DNA of 64,000 bases from Candidatus Onthoplasma sp. (GCA_965646995.1 CBFGBH010000001.1:16372-80371); one strand, 5' to 3'. Counted from the stretch's first letter, positions 29,268 to 40,718 are shown. Translations and numbers: made by a program. Notes: generated from the sequence alone by a model not told the origin.

Positions 29268-29300
29268 TGAATTTAAAAGATTTAGTTTTAGATTCTATAA

Positions 29301-29331
29301 AAAAAGAAGAGATATTCACTCTCTTCTTTTT
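29301..29331. terminator. bidirectional terminator between convergent genes
   Basis: Hairpin AGAAGAGA/TCTCTTCT flanked by A-run and T-run. Confidence 0.6.
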
Positions 29332-29343
29332 ACTAATAATGAC

Positions 29344-29931
29344 CTATTTATCGCCTAGAGATAGATAATCATTAGGGTCAACTTTAACGCCATTAGCTGT
29401 CATCTCAAAATGCAAGTGCGCACCGCTATTAAGTTCTTTTGACATACTATCACTAGCCTTTCCGATAACTTGTCCTGCACTTACTTTGTCTCCGACTTTT
29501 AATGTAACGCTATCTTCTGCTAGGGACTTATAGACTGAGATAATACCATTATTGTGGCTAATCTCCACGATGGTACCCTCTAAATAATTACTGTCCACCT
29601 TACTAATAGTACCATTGCATACAGCCATTACATCTAGGTTTTCGCCTGCTTTGAAGTCTATCGCCTTATGGATTTCCCACTGCTTAAGCGTATCATTGTA
29701 TTGATATTCTTTAGCTGAGTAATCTTTCAATACGGTAGCATCTTTCATAGGTAAAACATAAGTATTGGCTGATACTGGTAAATCTCCGCCACCTATATTT
29801 GAATCAGGCTTAATATTGGTACTGACCAATGCTATAGTTACGGCACAAGCGACTACCATCAATCCTATCAAAACTGCATAAACATAGTTCATAACAGCAT
29901 TATTCTTTTGTGTTGATTTGTTTTTATCCAT
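29344..29931 (-). CDS. membrane-anchored M23 family metallopeptidase
   Basis: N-terminal TM helix, HxxxD (HKAIDF) and HxH (HLHFE) motifs of LytM/M23 peptidases. Confidence 0.8.
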   Translation of the reverse strand: MDKNKSTQKNNAVMNYVYAVLIGLMVVACAVTIALVSTNIKPDSNIGGGDLPVSANTYVLPMKDATVLKDYSAKEYQYNDTLKQWEIHKAIDFKAGENLDVMAVCNGTISKVDSNYLEGTIVEISHNNGIISVYKSLAEDSVTLKVGDKVSAGQVIGKASDSMSKELNSGAHLHFEMTANGVKVDPNDYLSLGDK

Positions 29932-29983
29932 ATTTCCTCCTCGTGATGATAATTACCCAATTTTTGAGTATTAAACATAATTT

Positions 29984-30403
29984 TTAAAAACTACCTAAAA
30001 TTAACGGCCATCCTATGATAGAATATTCTTCGTAATATGCTATTTGAAGATTTACATTCTGTTTTTCAATATTGACCTGCGGTTTAATCAAATCAGTATA
30101 TGCATAGATTACTGTTGCTCCAGTATCCAAGTACTCAGTTCGTATAACTTTCGCTCTCAAAGTTTTTATAGCAGAAGCTGGCTCAAAATTATATATCTTC
30201 ATACTCTCGCCCACTAATTGATTGATATTCTCAGTATCCGTATTCATATAACAGAATCCTAGATTAACACTGCTATCATTCACTCGCTTATCTGTGTATG
30301 CTATATACTGACCATCAAAATAATCTTTTAAACTAAACTCTTGTGAATTTCGGCTACTGAGCAAGATAATAAATATTATCGCTACTATCATTAATTTCTT
30401 CAT
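29984..30403 (-). CDS. secreted or membrane-anchored hypothetical protein
   Basis: 139 aa with an N-terminal hydrophobic signal or anchor (MKKLMIVAIIFIILLSS). Confidence 0.45.
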   Translation of the reverse strand: MKKLMIVAIIFIILLSSRNSQEFSLKDYFDGQYIAYTDKRVNDSSVNLGFCYMNTDTENINQLVGESMKIYNFEPASAIKTLRAKVIRTEYLDTGATVIYAYTDLIKPQVNIEKQNVNLQIAYYEEYSIIGWPLILGSF

Positions 30404-30491
30404 ATAAAGAATAATTGACAGCGTTCGTAATTTTAATCAAAACTAGTAATTTTCTAGAAATAAAATATAAAAAATGAACCTGTAGTTCATT

Positions 30492-31427
30492 CTATATTCC
30501 AAATATATTATATAAATATAAGTAACTGATTAATCCGTCGTTTCTCTTAATATACTCTTTCACTTTCATTATCACTTCATCGAGATGAGCTAGTGCAAAA
30601 TCCGTATCTATGTATTCCAATATCTCACTCTTCGTCCTAAATAACAATATATCTAATTTATTTATATTCAAGCGTATAATACGGGACAAAATATCATTCT
30701 CACTCATAGCATAAAATTTGTCTATCAATGACATATTTTCTTTCGCCACTTTATAGGTATCGACCATACTGATATTATGAGTTTTAATGGCTCTAAGCAT
30801 GACCAAATAAGCAGAAATCAGCACATAATCAACTAATGATAGATATCTATATGGTAAGTCACATTTCTTAATTATATCTATATCCAAAAACATTAGTTCT
30901 CTTTCATGCGATAAAACTTTTAACAATGTCTGCTGATTGACTTCAGATAAAGCAAAAGAAAAGCTCTCCTTATCTATTCTATCGCAGGACAATTCCTCTA
31001 TATTTTTTTGAAAACGATTAAAATAAACACTAGGCAATATTAATGTATCTATTATACCGTTTGGTATGAATAAATAATCGTTAGATTCATTCAGTATACT
31101 ATCTATATCTAAAAAATATGGCAAAAAATAGTTGTCACTAGGCATATACACATTGACATAATCTCGTCTATCAAATTCTAGCTTAAGAAATGAATCAATC
31201 TGGCATTTGTATATTATTAATTTATATCCATCATTCACTTCATCCATTGAATCATTCTCGATATTGAGTTTGTTAAAAATACACTCTTCCTTTATGCTAT
31301 TATAAATATCTAACAATTCAGAGTTGGCTATACTATTGTCAAATAGTAGCATTACCTTTTGATACCTTGCACGCTCGGATACTATTCTCTTTAGTTCATT
31401 AAGATAATTAAAATTGATAATTTCCAT
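30492..31427 (-). CDS. hypothetical cytoplasmic protein
   Basis: 311-aa ORF. Start ATG lies 6 nt after a TGaTAAAAT box. No family recognised. Confidence 0.5.
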   Translation of the reverse strand: MEIINFNYLNELKRIVSERARYQKVMLLFDNSIANSELLDIYNSIKEECIFNKLNIENDSMDEVNDGYKLIIYKCQIDSFLKLEFDRRDYVNVYMPSDNYFLPYFLDIDSILNESNDYLFIPNGIIDTLILPSVYFNRFQKNIEELSCDRIDKESFSFALSEVNQQTLLKVLSHERELMFLDIDIIKKCDLPYRYLSLVDYVLISAYLVMLRAIKTHNISMVDTYKVAKENMSLIDKFYAMSENDILSRIIRLNINKLDILLFRTKSEILEYIDTDFALAHLDEVIMKVKEYIKRNDGLISYLYLYNIFGI

Positions 31428-31433
31428 ACGACA

Positions 31434-31442
31434 ATTTTATCA
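31434..31442 (-). promoter_or_regulatory. extended -10 box TGaTAAAAT, 6 nt before ATG 31427 (leaderless candidate)
   Basis: Minus-strand TGATAAAAT, then TGTCGT, then ATG. Confidence 0.45.
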
Positions 31443-31566
31443 CATTATTTAAAGTTTGATTTATATTAATTTGTCACAATTGATGCGTATTTTATTCTAT
31501 TTTGTCTGAAATAAAAATTTTACTTTACTTTTTACTTATTTTTATATATTATACTATTAGGAGGCT

Positions 31567-31794
31567 ATGATGGAAGAGAAAATTATTGCTTTAGTTGCTG
31601 AAAAATTAGGTAAGAAAAAGGATGCTGTTACTTTAAAATCTAGATTGGTAGAAGATTTAGGTGCAGATAGTCTGGATGTAGTAGAATTAGTTATGACCTT
31701 CGAGGACGAATTCGGCATTAGCTTACCAGATGAAGATGTATATAAAATGAAAACTATCGGCGATATAGTTGAATATATCAAAAACATGAAATAA
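31567..31794 (+). CDS. acpP: acyl carrier protein
   Basis: 75 aa. Phosphopantetheine attachment motif LGADSLDVVELV. RBS AGGAGG. Confidence 0.9.
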   Translation: MMEEKIIALVAEKLGKKKDAVTLKSRLVEDLGADSLDVVELVMTFEDEFGISLPDEDVYKMKTIGDIVEYIKNMK

Positions 31795-31795
31795 T

Positions 31796-31823
31796 AAAAA
31801 CGAACCAAGTATGGTTCGTTTTT
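31796..31823. terminator. bidirectional terminator
   Basis: Hairpin CGAACCA/TGGTTCG flanked by AAAAA and TTTTT. Confidence 0.65.
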
Positions 31824-32413
31824 TAGTTATTAAAGCCTTCTTCTACCAGATAGTTATACAAAGCGGAATAGTTAGCATTCACGGTATAATATTTTGAATA
31901 ACCGCCTTCATTATATACATCATCACTATTTGGCTTATAGCTAGGTACGATATACACTTTAGCCACTGTGTGAGAATCAGTTTTCGCTACTGCAAATACA
32001 AGTTTCTTATAATAATATACTTTGCCATCTTTATCTTTATATTCCTTATTTCCATCCATTAATTTCTGTGGATTATCATATGAGAATGTCACATAGAAAG
32101 TCTCATTTGATTTAGGAATAGAATTCGTACTATTATTAGTATAAGTAGTAATCCCCGCCTTATCAAATAGTTTCCCCGTAAACATTGCAGTCAAACTATT
32201 CTCTTTGCTAGCATCTGCGAGAAGTGAAACAATCTTATTTGACTGCTCGCCCTCTACGAATTTATTTGCACCTGAGGAATATGATACGGTTACCATATTA
32301 GGTGTAGCACATTTTACACCAAAACTAACTTTAACATTTGCCATAATCAATGTAGCGATGATTAACACACCGATAATAGACAAACTCACTATTGCACTTA
32401 TTTTTTTCGCCAT
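31823..32413 (-). CDS. membrane-anchored hypothetical protein
   Basis: 196 aa with an N-terminal TM anchor (ISAIVSLSIIGVLIIATLIMA). RBS AGGAG. Confidence 0.5.
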   Translation of the reverse strand: MAKKISAIVSLSIIGVLIIATLIMANVKVSFGVKCATPNMVTVSYSSGANKFVEGEQSNKIVSLLADASKENSLTAMFTGKLFDKAGITTYTNNSTNSIPKSNETFYVTFSYDNPQKLMDGNKEYKDKDGKVYYYKKLVFAVAKTDSHTVAKVYIVPSYKPNSDDVYNEGGYSKYYTVNANYSALYNYLVEEGFNN

Positions 32414-32475
32414 AATTATCTCCTAAAATTTTGTCCTTATATTTTAACCTAAAAATGCAAATAAATCAAGCATTT

Positions 32476-34650
32476 TTATTTATTCTCGTCATCTTCGTCA
32501 TTTTTTCTCTGTTCAGAAGATACTTTTTTGTTCTCTACCTCATCTGTAGCGGTAATGATGTTTAATTCTTTTTCCGTCTCTTTTCTAATATTTTCCAAAT
32601 CTTGTTTAGTTATAACTCCAGCTTTAGCCAAAGCTTCTGCAGTATCTAATCTAGACTTTAGGTCACGATTCTTATGTTCTATTTCTGCTTCCTTTTTAGC
32701 ACGCTCTTGGTATTCTCGTTTCTCTTGCTCTTTCTTATCAATAGCACTCTCTACTTCTTCTACGCTAGCACCATTGAATAACATCTCAAATTCTTCTTTA
32801 TAGATAGTTTCCTTATCTAATAGAATCTTAGTTACTTTTTCTATTACACCACGTTTTTCTTCCAATATCTTCTTCGCTCTTGTATGCGCAGTATCTACTA
32901 TCTTCTTCACTTCATCGTCTATAGAATTAGCTAAAACTTGACTATATGGTAATTGTCTCTGATAATCTCGACCTACAAATATCTGGTCTCCTTCGCCAAA
33001 ACTAATTAGTCCTAGTTTATCCGACATACCCCATTCGGCCACCATTTTTCGTGCTATTTTAGTAGCACGTTCTATATCATTAGATGCACCAGTCGTGATA
33101 TCATCAAGCATAATTTCTTCTGCTGTCCTACCACCTAACATCATTGTAATGGAATCCAATATTTTCTTCTTAGGCATATGAGACCTATCATTCTCATCAA
33201 ATGTCAAAGTATAGCCACCAGCCATACCACGTGGAATAATCGAAATCTCTTGTACATTGTCACAATGTTCCAGACTCTCCGCCACTATCGCATGTCCAGA
33301 CTCATGTATTGCTGTGATGTATCTATCTTGCTCTGTTATTACTTGAGATACTTTTTTAGGACCCATTAATACTTTATTTAATCCCTCTTGAATATCTATC
33401 ATGGTAATCTTATACCTACCATCTCTAGCCGCTAGTAGTGCGGATTCATTCAGTACATTCTCAATGTCTGCACCTGCAAGTCCACTCGTCAGCCTAGCAA
33501 TACGCTTAAAATCAACATCCTCACTCATAGGCTTATTTTTAGCGTGAACTTTTATAATCTCCTCTCTACCTTTGACATCTGGAAGATGAACATATACTTG
33601 CCTATCAAATCGACCCGGTCTAGTCAAAGCAGGGTCAAGTACATCCGCTCTATTCGTTGCTGCTAATACGATGATTCCGCTATTACTCTCAAATCCATCC
33701 ATCTCAACCAATAGTTGATTTAGAGTCTGCTCGCGTTCATCATTACCGCCACCCATACCAGCTCCACGCTGACGACCCACTGCATCAATCTCATCTATGA
33801 ATACTATACATGGAGAATTTGCTTTAGCAGTATCGAATAAATCACGTACTCTACTAGCACCAACACCGACATATAATTCTACAAAGTCACTACCAGAAAT
33901 ACTGAAGAAATGCACCTTGCTCTCGCCTGCTACTGCTTTAGCCAACAAGGTTTTACCAGTTCCTGGAGGGCCTACTAGTAAAACGCCTTTTGGTATTCTC
34001 GCACCCAGTTCTGTAAAACGAGCAGGGGATTTTAAGAAATCTACTATCTCTTTCAACTCTTGCTTCTCTTCTTCTGCGCCTGCTACATCGGTAAATTTAA
34101 CATTAGAAGATACTACTAATTTTGCCTTAGATTTTCCAAAACCAAAACCTTTATTACTACTAGACATTGACTTGAATAAGAATATAGCTATAACGACAAT
34201 AACTGCAATGCTTAAATATGGCATAATTTTACTTAGCCATGGCTCTTGAGCGTACGAATAGTTAGCCTCAATTAATACAACGCCTTCTTTTAATACTTTG
34301 TTTCCATGTTCATCTGTAGTATAATTATTCTCATCAGCCTTAATTTTATCATTGTATTCGTCTATGAATGAGGTCAATTCATTTACACTCATAAACGTGC
34401 AGTATGCGTCAATCTGTTTGGGGAATTTCTTTGCATCCACTCCGCCAACTTTTCTAATCCTTACTGTATAACCATACACATCGACTTCTGCAACTTGTCC
34501 AGCCTCAACCATTGATTGAAACTCCGTATATCTAATACGCTTTGAAGTATTATTACTGCTGACAAACCAAAAGATAATTCCAATCGCCGCTAAGAATACT
34601 AATATATAAAATATCGCCGACTTCCATGTGCTGCCTTTCTTGTTTTCCAT
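32476..34650 (-). CDS. ftsH: ATP-dependent zinc metalloprotease FtsH
   Basis: 724 aa. Two TM helices, AAA+ Walker A GPPGTGKT, Walker B IVFIDEID, zinc motif HESGHA. Confidence 0.96.
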   Translation of the reverse strand: MENKKGSTWKSAIFYILVFLAAIGIIFWFVSSNNTSKRIRYTEFQSMVEAGQVAEVDVYGYTVRIRKVGGVDAKKFPKQIDAYCTFMSVNELTSFIDEYNDKIKADENNYTTDEHGNKVLKEGVVLIEANYSYAQEPWLSKIMPYLSIAVIVVIAIFLFKSMSSSNKGFGFGKSKAKLVVSSNVKFTDVAGAEEEKQELKEIVDFLKSPARFTELGARIPKGVLLVGPPGTGKTLLAKAVAGESKVHFFSISGSDFVELYVGVGASRVRDLFDTAKANSPCIVFIDEIDAVGRQRGAGMGGGNDEREQTLNQLLVEMDGFESNSGIIVLAATNRADVLDPALTRPGRFDRQVYVHLPDVKGREEIIKVHAKNKPMSEDVDFKRIARLTSGLAGADIENVLNESALLAARDGRYKITMIDIQEGLNKVLMGPKKVSQVITEQDRYITAIHESGHAIVAESLEHCDNVQEISIIPRGMAGGYTLTFDENDRSHMPKKKILDSITMMLGGRTAEEIMLDDITTGASNDIERATKIARKMVAEWGMSDKLGLISFGEGDQIFVGRDYQRQLPYSQVLANSIDDEVKKIVDTAHTRAKKILEEKRGVIEKVTKILLDKETIYKEEFEMLFNGASVEEVESAIDKKEQEKREYQERAKKEAEIEHKNRDLKSRLDTAEALAKAGVITKQDLENIRKETEKELNIITATDEVENKKVSSEQRKNDEDDENK

Positions 34651-34765
34651 TATACACCTCTAGGATTATATTATATCATAACTTTAAAATATTAACAAAT
34701 ATTTCATGCTATTATATTTGATTTAGATTTAAATCTATTACAATAGTTTATAGGACAATTTGCAT

Positions 34766-34975
34766 TTATTTATTCTTTTTAGGGAATAATTTAATTAAAC
34801 AAATTATTAAAGGTATGCTGAATATCACGACAACAGGTATAGCGATAAAAATTAATACCCCTCGCATCGCGAACACATCTACACCTAGTACCGAAAGTAT
34901 CGGAATATGCAATATCCCTACTATTAGTAGTACTAGTGAGATTATAAATGCTATTGCCTTAAACAATATTTTCAT
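34766..34975 (-). CDS. small integral membrane protein
   Basis: 69 aa, two hydrophobic helices. TAATAT box 6 nt upstream of the ATG. Confidence 0.4.
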   Translation of the reverse strand: MKILFKAIAFIISLVLLIVGILHIPILSVLGVDVFAMRGVLIFIAIPVVVIFSIPLIICLIKLFPKKNK

Positions 34976-35099
34976 ATCTGCATATTAAATAAAGGATGAA
35001 TTTTTGTCAAATAAATCGTCTTCTAAGCATATGTATTTTATCAAAAATCGTTTACAAATGATAATACTTGTGCTAAAATGACAATAAGGAGATAAAATT

Positions 35100-35879
35100 A
35101 TGTTACCAACTATTGGAATTATTATTGATGTTATACTTGTAGTTATACTTGTAATTTTCGGTATAATCGGATTCAAAAAAGGGTTATTCAAATCTTTACT
35201 ATCCTTGTTTAGCTGGGTAGTTTGTATTGCTGTCGCTATACTAACTGCTAAATATGTGTCCGGATGGATTAATGGGATATATAATTTCAACAACTTAATA
35301 GGCGGTCAAATCGAAAAAGCATTAGTAGATATGGGCGAAGTGTTCTCTAAACAAATAGTAGAATTTGAAGGGGACAAAGATGCCATCATTACTGCTATCG
35401 CAGGCGTGCCTAATATGAATGGTATACTACTTCAACTCATTAAACTCGTATTCAATAGTACTTCGTTCGACCCTACAAGTACTGCTACTGTAGGTAATGT
35501 CATCGGCGTAAGTATCGGTCAAATGTGCATGGTAGTGATATCTGCTGTCTTAGTATTCATTGTATTGAAGATTGTGATTGCCTTGCTTTCAAAATTATTT
35601 GACAATATCAGTCGTATCAAAATCATCGGTGGACTTAATAAAATATTTGGTCTATTATTCGGCGTATTAAAAGGACTATGCGTAATTGTTATATTCAATG
35701 CTATTTTAGTAGCACTCTCTCTAATCCCTGCTGTGAATAATACAATTACTCCAGTAATCCAAGACCATACAAAAATTGAAAAGGTTATTTACAATACAAC
35801 CGATAAATTCGTTGGTAAATATATTATTGATGGTCAAGTAATTCAAAATTGGATTACTGACCTATGGAATTCTAGATAG
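35100..35879 (+). CDS. CvpA family membrane protein
   Basis: 259 aa. N-terminus IIDVILVVILVIFGIIGFKKGLFKSLLSLFSWVV is typical of CvpA. RBS AAGGAG. Confidence 0.6.
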   Translation: MLPTIGIIIDVILVVILVIFGIIGFKKGLFKSLLSLFSWVVCIAVAILTAKYVSGWINGIYNFNNLIGGQIEKALVDMGEVFSKQIVEFEGDKDAIITAIAGVPNMNGILLQLIKLVFNSTSFDPTSTATVGNVIGVSIGQMCMVVISAVLVFIVLKIVIALLSKLFDNISRIKIIGGLNKIFGLLFGVLKGLCVIVIFNAILVALSLIPAVNNTITPVIQDHTKIEKVIYNTTDKFVGKYIIDGQVIQNWITDLWNSR

Positions 35880-35887
35880 AGGCGAAA

Positions 35888-37114
35888 ATGTTATACGAAA
35901 CTTTAAAGACAAGGAATTTGTTGTATCAGACTACTGATGAACAAACCCTTAAAAATTTACTTAATAATGGTAAAGTAACTGTCTACTGTGGCACAGACCC
36001 CACAGCAGACAGTTTGCATATAGGACATTGCGTACCTTGCACAATACTTCGCAGATTTCAGCAAGCAGGACATAAAGTATTGATTTTGGTAGGTGGAGCT
36101 ACTGCTGCTATTGGGGACCCTACCGGAAAAACAGATATGCGACCAATGCTTACAAAAGACCAATTAGAGAAGAATATCGAAGGAATCAAAAAAGCATATA
36201 GTATCTTTCTAGATTTTGACGGAGATAATCCAGCAGAGATAGTGAATAATGCAGATTGGTTTAAGGGTTATGATTATGTGGACTTCATGCGCAATGTAGG
36301 TGTACATTTCAACGTCAATAAAATGATTACTAATGAGATATACGCCAATCGTCTAGAAGAGGGCGGACTCACTTTCTTCGAGATGGGATATATGCTTATG
36401 CAGGCATACGACTTCCTACATTTAAATGAGAAATATGGATGTAATCTCGAATGGGGAGGCGCTGACCAATGGGGAAATATCGTGGCAGGCACTGAACTAG
36501 GTAGAAAAATGAACTTCTTAGACGGGAAGAAACGTGTCATGATAGGTGCAACCAATCCTCTACTCCTCACTCCAGAGGGTAAGAAGATGGGCAAGACTGA
36601 GAAAGGCGCTATCTGGATAGAAAAAGATAAAATTTCCGCATATGACTTCTATCAAGGCATCTATCAAACACCAGATGCATGTGTCGAGATGATGTATGCT
36701 CTATTTACGGACATACCTATGGATGAAGTTCATAATATGATTAAGGCTGATATAGTGAGTAGTAAAAAACGCCTTGCTTACGAAATCACAAAGTTTGTAC
36801 GCGGAGAAGCAGATGCCATAGAGGCTCAAAATATGTCAAATAATCTATTCTCCTCGCAGACGATAAATAAAGATAATGCTCCTACATTTGAAATTCAGTT
36901 AGATAGTGAGAATATTGGACTACTAGATTTATTAGTAAGTGCAAACTTTGTATCAAGTAAAGGTGAAGCACGTAGACTCATCGAGCAAAATGGACTATCA
37001 ATGGATGGCGAAATTATAAAAGACGCTAATATGCAGATTAGTAAGTTATCACTAAAAAATGGAATACTATTTAAAAAAGGCAAGAAAAATTATCTATTAA
37101 TAAAAACAAAATAA
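35888..37114 (+). CDS. tyrS: tyrosine--tRNA ligase
   Basis: HIGH motif (SLHIGH), KMSKS-like KMGKT, C-terminal S4-like domain. Confidence 0.95.
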   Translation: MLYETLKTRNLLYQTTDEQTLKNLLNNGKVTVYCGTDPTADSLHIGHCVPCTILRRFQQAGHKVLILVGGATAAIGDPTGKTDMRPMLTKDQLEKNIEGIKKAYSIFLDFDGDNPAEIVNNADWFKGYDYVDFMRNVGVHFNVNKMITNEIYANRLEEGGLTFFEMGYMLMQAYDFLHLNEKYGCNLEWGGADQWGNIVAGTELGRKMNFLDGKKRVMIGATNPLLLTPEGKKMGKTEKGAIWIEKDKISAYDFYQGIYQTPDACVEMMYALFTDIPMDEVHNMIKADIVSSKKRLAYEITKFVRGEADAIEAQNMSNNLFSSQTINKDNAPTFEIQLDSENIGLLDLLVSANFVSSKGEARRLIEQNGLSMDGEIIKDANMQISKLSLKNGILFKKGKKNYLLIKTK

Positions 37115-37133
37115 CGCGTTTTCGCGTTTTTTA
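37113..37133 (+). terminator. Rho-independent terminator after tyrS
   Basis: Hairpin AACGCG/CGCGTT followed by a T-run. Confidence 0.65.
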
Positions 37134-37195
37134 TTTGGTAATAAATTAAAAATATATTATAATAAAAATGAAATATTATATAAAGGAGCTTTATT

Positions 37196-38224
37196 ATGAA
37201 CTACGATAATAAATTTGATAAAATTATCTCAAGACAAGCTTATACACTAACAAAAGAACTTTTAGGAGATTGTCCCGATAACAAATATATTGAACTATGC
37301 TCAATACTTATAGAAAACATGAATACTTTAGGTAAAATTACCGGAGATGATGTAACATCGAATCGATTTACAATAATATTGTTAGAATGCCAAGATGCAT
37401 TAAAAAATCTAATAGCCTATTGTGACTCTAATAATTATAAACTTAATGAAAATATGGATAACTTAATTGCTTTGTTTATATCTCAAAAAGCTCAAATTTT
37501 CAAAATACAAGATAATTTAAATTGGGCTATAGAGCATCAAGATATTCTATTTCAATGTAGTTTCTTTCGAGAACAGTGCACTTACCCTGCATTTGAAATA
37601 CCGAGAACTAAGAAAAACTCCGAATTTATTGATAATTGCTATGACGCACAAAACGACCATGACGAAATAAATGACTTCTTCCAGGCTAGACTTATTATTG
37701 CTTTAGTACACGAAGACGTAGACGAAATGCTATATGTACTTACAAAATATCCTGATAAAAGAATTGACTATTATCGCCTATATCTTAATATGAAAGAGAA
37801 ACTTGCATATGTTCCAACCAATGATGCAGAGAAACGCATGCTCGTATTACTTAATTATTTTGCTAATCCACAATCTTTACTTGATGCTGATACTAAAAAT
37901 ATAGACACTGACACACTCCTTAAATATATTGAGCTAGCAAAACAGGGTATCAAAGTGTGGACTAAAGCTCTTGATGATGAATATATTTTTCCAGAAGATG
38001 AGATTGAACTGAAGAAAAAAATCAAATCAGCAAAAGCATTGTTGCAACAATTAGAAGAACTTGAGAAGAGTACCCAAAAATTAAAATTAAAATCAAAATT
38101 ATCTGGTATATCAAGAGATAAATACAAAAAAACTTCCAAGACTTTAGTATCTCAGTCTACAGAAAATAAAATTACTAGAAGGACTCGTACTCTAAAAGAC
38201 AACAAAAATAATTTGGCAAATTAA
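37196..38224 (+). CDS. hypothetical protein with a Lys-rich C-terminal tail
   Basis: 342-aa ORF with RBS AAGGAG. No family recognised. Confidence 0.5.
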   Translation: MNYDNKFDKIISRQAYTLTKELLGDCPDNKYIELCSILIENMNTLGKITGDDVTSNRFTIILLECQDALKNLIAYCDSNNYKLNENMDNLIALFISQKAQIFKIQDNLNWAIEHQDILFQCSFFREQCTYPAFEIPRTKKNSEFIDNCYDAQNDHDEINDFFQARLIIALVHEDVDEMLYVLTKYPDKRIDYYRLYLNMKEKLAYVPTNDAEKRMLVLLNYFANPQSLLDADTKNIDTDTLLKYIELAKQGIKVWTKALDDEYIFPEDEIELKKKIKSAKALLQQLEELEKSTQKLKLKSKLSGISRDKYKKTSKTLVSQSTENKITRRTRTLKDNKNNLAN

Positions 38225-38251
38225 AAAGTAAGCCACAGGCTTACTTTTTTT
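38223..38251. terminator. bidirectional terminator
   Basis: Hairpin AAAAAGTAAGCC/GGCTTACTTTTT. Confidence 0.65.
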
Positions 38252-39344
38252 ACACATTGAACTTAAATACAATAATATCTCCGTCTTGGACAATATATTC
38301 TTTGCCGGCACTTATGATTTTGCCTTTCTCACGACAGAGATTGTAATCACGAAGTGTGATAAGGTCATCATATTTCACTACATCCGCACGAATAAATCCA
38401 CGCTCAAAATCGGTATGAATTTTCCCTGCCGCCTGTGGTGCATGTGTACCTCGACGAATAGTCCACGCTCGAACCTCTTTCTCACCCGCTGTGATGAAAC
38501 TGATAAGACCTAATAAATGATAGCTTGCGACAATTAGTTTATCTAATCCGCTTGCATCTATTCCTAATTCTTGCTTGAACATCTCTCTATCTTCTGCTGG
38601 CATATTGATGAGTTCTTCCTCTGTCCTAGCACAGAGAGAGATTACTTCCGCACTTTCACTCTTGGCAATATCTTTGATTTTCTCAATATTGTCCTTCTGA
38701 AAATCATCTACTTCGTCACTGGTGTTTGCGACATAGATAATCGGTTTGGTTGTGATGAGGAAGAAACCATCTACTATCTTTTTTTCTTCAGCATCGAGTT
38801 TTAGCATTCGAGCCGGTTTGCTATCCTTTAATAGTTCTAATATTTTGTTTAATAGTTCGTATTCTTTCTGCGTATTTAAGTCAGCCGAGCCACCATGCAC
38901 AATCTTTTTAATCTTCTCTATTCGCCTCGTCACTGTATCAATATCTGCCAGTATTAATTCAAGATTGATAGTCTCAATATCTCGTATTGGGTCAATACTA
39001 CCTTCCACGTGAATAATCTTATCGTTTTTAAACACGCGAACAACATGAACAATCGCATCCACTTCCTTGATATGACTTAAAAACTTATTGCCAAGACCGG
39101 CACCTTCGCTCGCACCCTTCACAAGTCCAGCAATGTCTACAAACTCTATCTGCGCCGGTATAATTTTATTGGTATTGTATAGTTTTGCGAGCTCATTCAA
39201 TCTATTATCTAATACATCTACCACACCTACATTTGGCTCAATGGTACAGAATGGATAGTTCGCGCTCTCCGCTCCCGCCTTAGTTATCGCATTAAATAAT
39301 GTACTTTTGCCTACATTAGGTAAGCCTACTACTCCTAGTTTCAA
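38250..39344 (-). CDS. ychF: redox-regulated ATPase YchF
   Basis: 364 aa. GVVGLPNVGKSTLFNA P-loop and TGS-like C-terminus. TTG start with RBS GGAGAGG. Confidence 0.95.
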   Translation of the reverse strand: MKLGVVGLPNVGKSTLFNAITKAGAESANYPFCTIEPNVGVVDVLDNRLNELAKLYNTNKIIPAQIEFVDIAGLVKGASEGAGLGNKFLSHIKEVDAIVHVVRVFKNDKIIHVEGSIDPIRDIETINLELILADIDTVTRRIEKIKKIVHGGSADLNTQKEYELLNKILELLKDSKPARMLKLDAEEKKIVDGFFLITTKPIIYVANTSDEVDDFQKDNIEKIKDIAKSESAEVISLCARTEEELINMPAEDREMFKQELGIDASGLDKLIVASYHLLGLISFITAGEKEVRAWTIRRGTHAPQAAGKIHTDFERGFIRADVVKYDDLITLRDYNLCREKGKIISAGKEYIVQDGDIIVFKFNV

Positions 39345-39357
39345 TTTTCCTCTCCTA

Positions 39358-39852
39358 TTATGCTATCAGTCTAGACACATGTTCTACGTGTAATTTGGGT
39401 AGAACATTTTTACATGTTTTCATTATTCTATGGTCATCTTCGAATAAATAATATTCAGTGTCTCCATCTCTATCCATTAGATTCTTGAGATACATCGCTT
39501 TTAAAGTATATTTATCCTTATCTTCAAAATTTATCTCGTTAAATACATTCACTTGAATAAAATTTTCTTCTATATATGGTGCGTATTTTTTAAGCCATGC
39601 AATCTTATCTAATTTCTGCTCTTTAAAATGACAATTAGTGAGTATTCCAACTGTGACATTTTTTATTTTAAAAATTTGTTTCATGACCTTTAATACACTT
39701 TTTAAGGGTCTTTTTTCAAAATAGAATTTAGGCTCATTTGACAGTATTCTAGGTTTATCTGTAGAAGCATATTCTGCACAAGTTCCATCCATATCGAAAA
39801 ACACCATCACTCTATGCAATTTCGCCAATTCCTTTATTTCATCAATTATCAT
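39358..39852 (-). CDS. HAD-superfamily phosphatase (5'(3')-deoxyribonucleotidase-like)
   Basis: 164 aa. DxDxT motif FFDMDGT. Confidence 0.55.
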   Translation of the reverse strand: MIIDEIKELAKLHRVMVFFDMDGTCAEYASTDKPRILSNEPKFYFEKRPLKSVLKVMKQIFKIKNVTVGILTNCHFKEQKLDKIAWLKKYAPYIEENFIQVNVFNEINFEDKDKYTLKAMYLKNLMDRDGDTEYYLFEDDHRIMKTCKNVLPKLHVEHVSRLIA

Positions 39853-39971
39853 ACTCTTCTCCCTATTCTAATAATTGTTTAATAAAACTTCCTAATCAAT
39901 AATATAATAATTGAACTGATTTTTCAAGTAATATTAATATTTTTATCAAATAAAATCTAAGGAAGTGAAAA

Positions 39972-40718
39972 ATGGATGCATTAAAACATATTTTAATCGG
40001 ATTAATACAAGGTTTGACAGAATTTTTGCCAATCTCTAGTAGCGGGCATATCGTATTATTCGGTTCATTCTTTGATATGGACAACCTAATGCTAATAAGT
40101 ATTGTAGCACATGTGGGTACACTATTTGCAGTACTATTCTGCTATCGAAAACGCATATTCGAATTGGTACGAAAACCATTCAATAAAACCAATCTCAATC
40201 TCATCATCGCCACTATACCTACTGTCATCATGGTATTGTTGTTTAATAATTTTTTAGAAGGTAATTTCTCTACGCATACACTCATTTGGGGATTTCTAAT
40301 CTCGGCAGTATTGCTCGTCATTGCAGACTTCAAAAAAGACAGCTTCCGCCCAATGAATAAACGCTCATCTCTCTACATGGGACTAGCACAGGGTCTAGCA
40401 CTCTTACCCGGAATATCACGCAGTGGCTCTACTCTCGTATGCGGTCTCTTGGTCGGCGTCGAGAAAAATGAAGCACTTGATTTCTCCTTTTTAATGAGCA
40501 TACCAGTAATTATCGCCAGTGCAGTGTATGAGTCTATTAAACTATTCTCCACTCCAATCACTATTAATTGGCTTGCTTTGGGTCTAGTACTCATATCTTC
40601 GTTTATATTTGGAATACTATCTATCAAAGTAATGCTAAAGATAGTCAAGAAAAATAAACTCTACTATTTCTCAATTTATTTAATTGTACTAAGTCTGATG
40701 ATTTTATTCTTTGTATAA
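39972..40718 (+). CDS. uppP: undecaprenyl-diphosphate phosphatase
   Basis: 248 aa polytopic. GLTEFLPISSSGH and PGISRSGST are BacA/UppP signatures. Confidence 0.9.
   Translation: MDALKHILIGLIQGLTEFLPISSSGHIVLFGSFFDMDNLMLISIVAHVGTLFAVLFCYRKRIFELVRKPFNKTNLNLIIATIPTVIMVLLFNNFLEGNFSTHTLIWGFLISAVLLVIADFKKDSFRPMNKRSSLYMGLAQGLALLPGISRSGSTLVCGLLVGVEKNEALDFSFLMSIPVIIASAVYESIKLFSTPITINWLALGLVLISSFIFGILSIKVMLKIVKKNKLYYFSIYLIVLSLMILFFV

Noticed and set aside
34985-35293. 102-aa minus-strand ORF overlapping the cvpA start, and similarly 39896..40084 overlapping uppP
   Set aside because: They overlap the 5' ends and promoter regions of well-supported plus-strand genes. They have no RBS and no recognisable features.
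35880-35887. T-box leaders upstream of tyrS or gltX
   Set aside because: tyrS starts 8 nt after cvpA and gltX 1 nt after the upstream gene, so there is no room for a T-box riboswitch of 200 nt or more.
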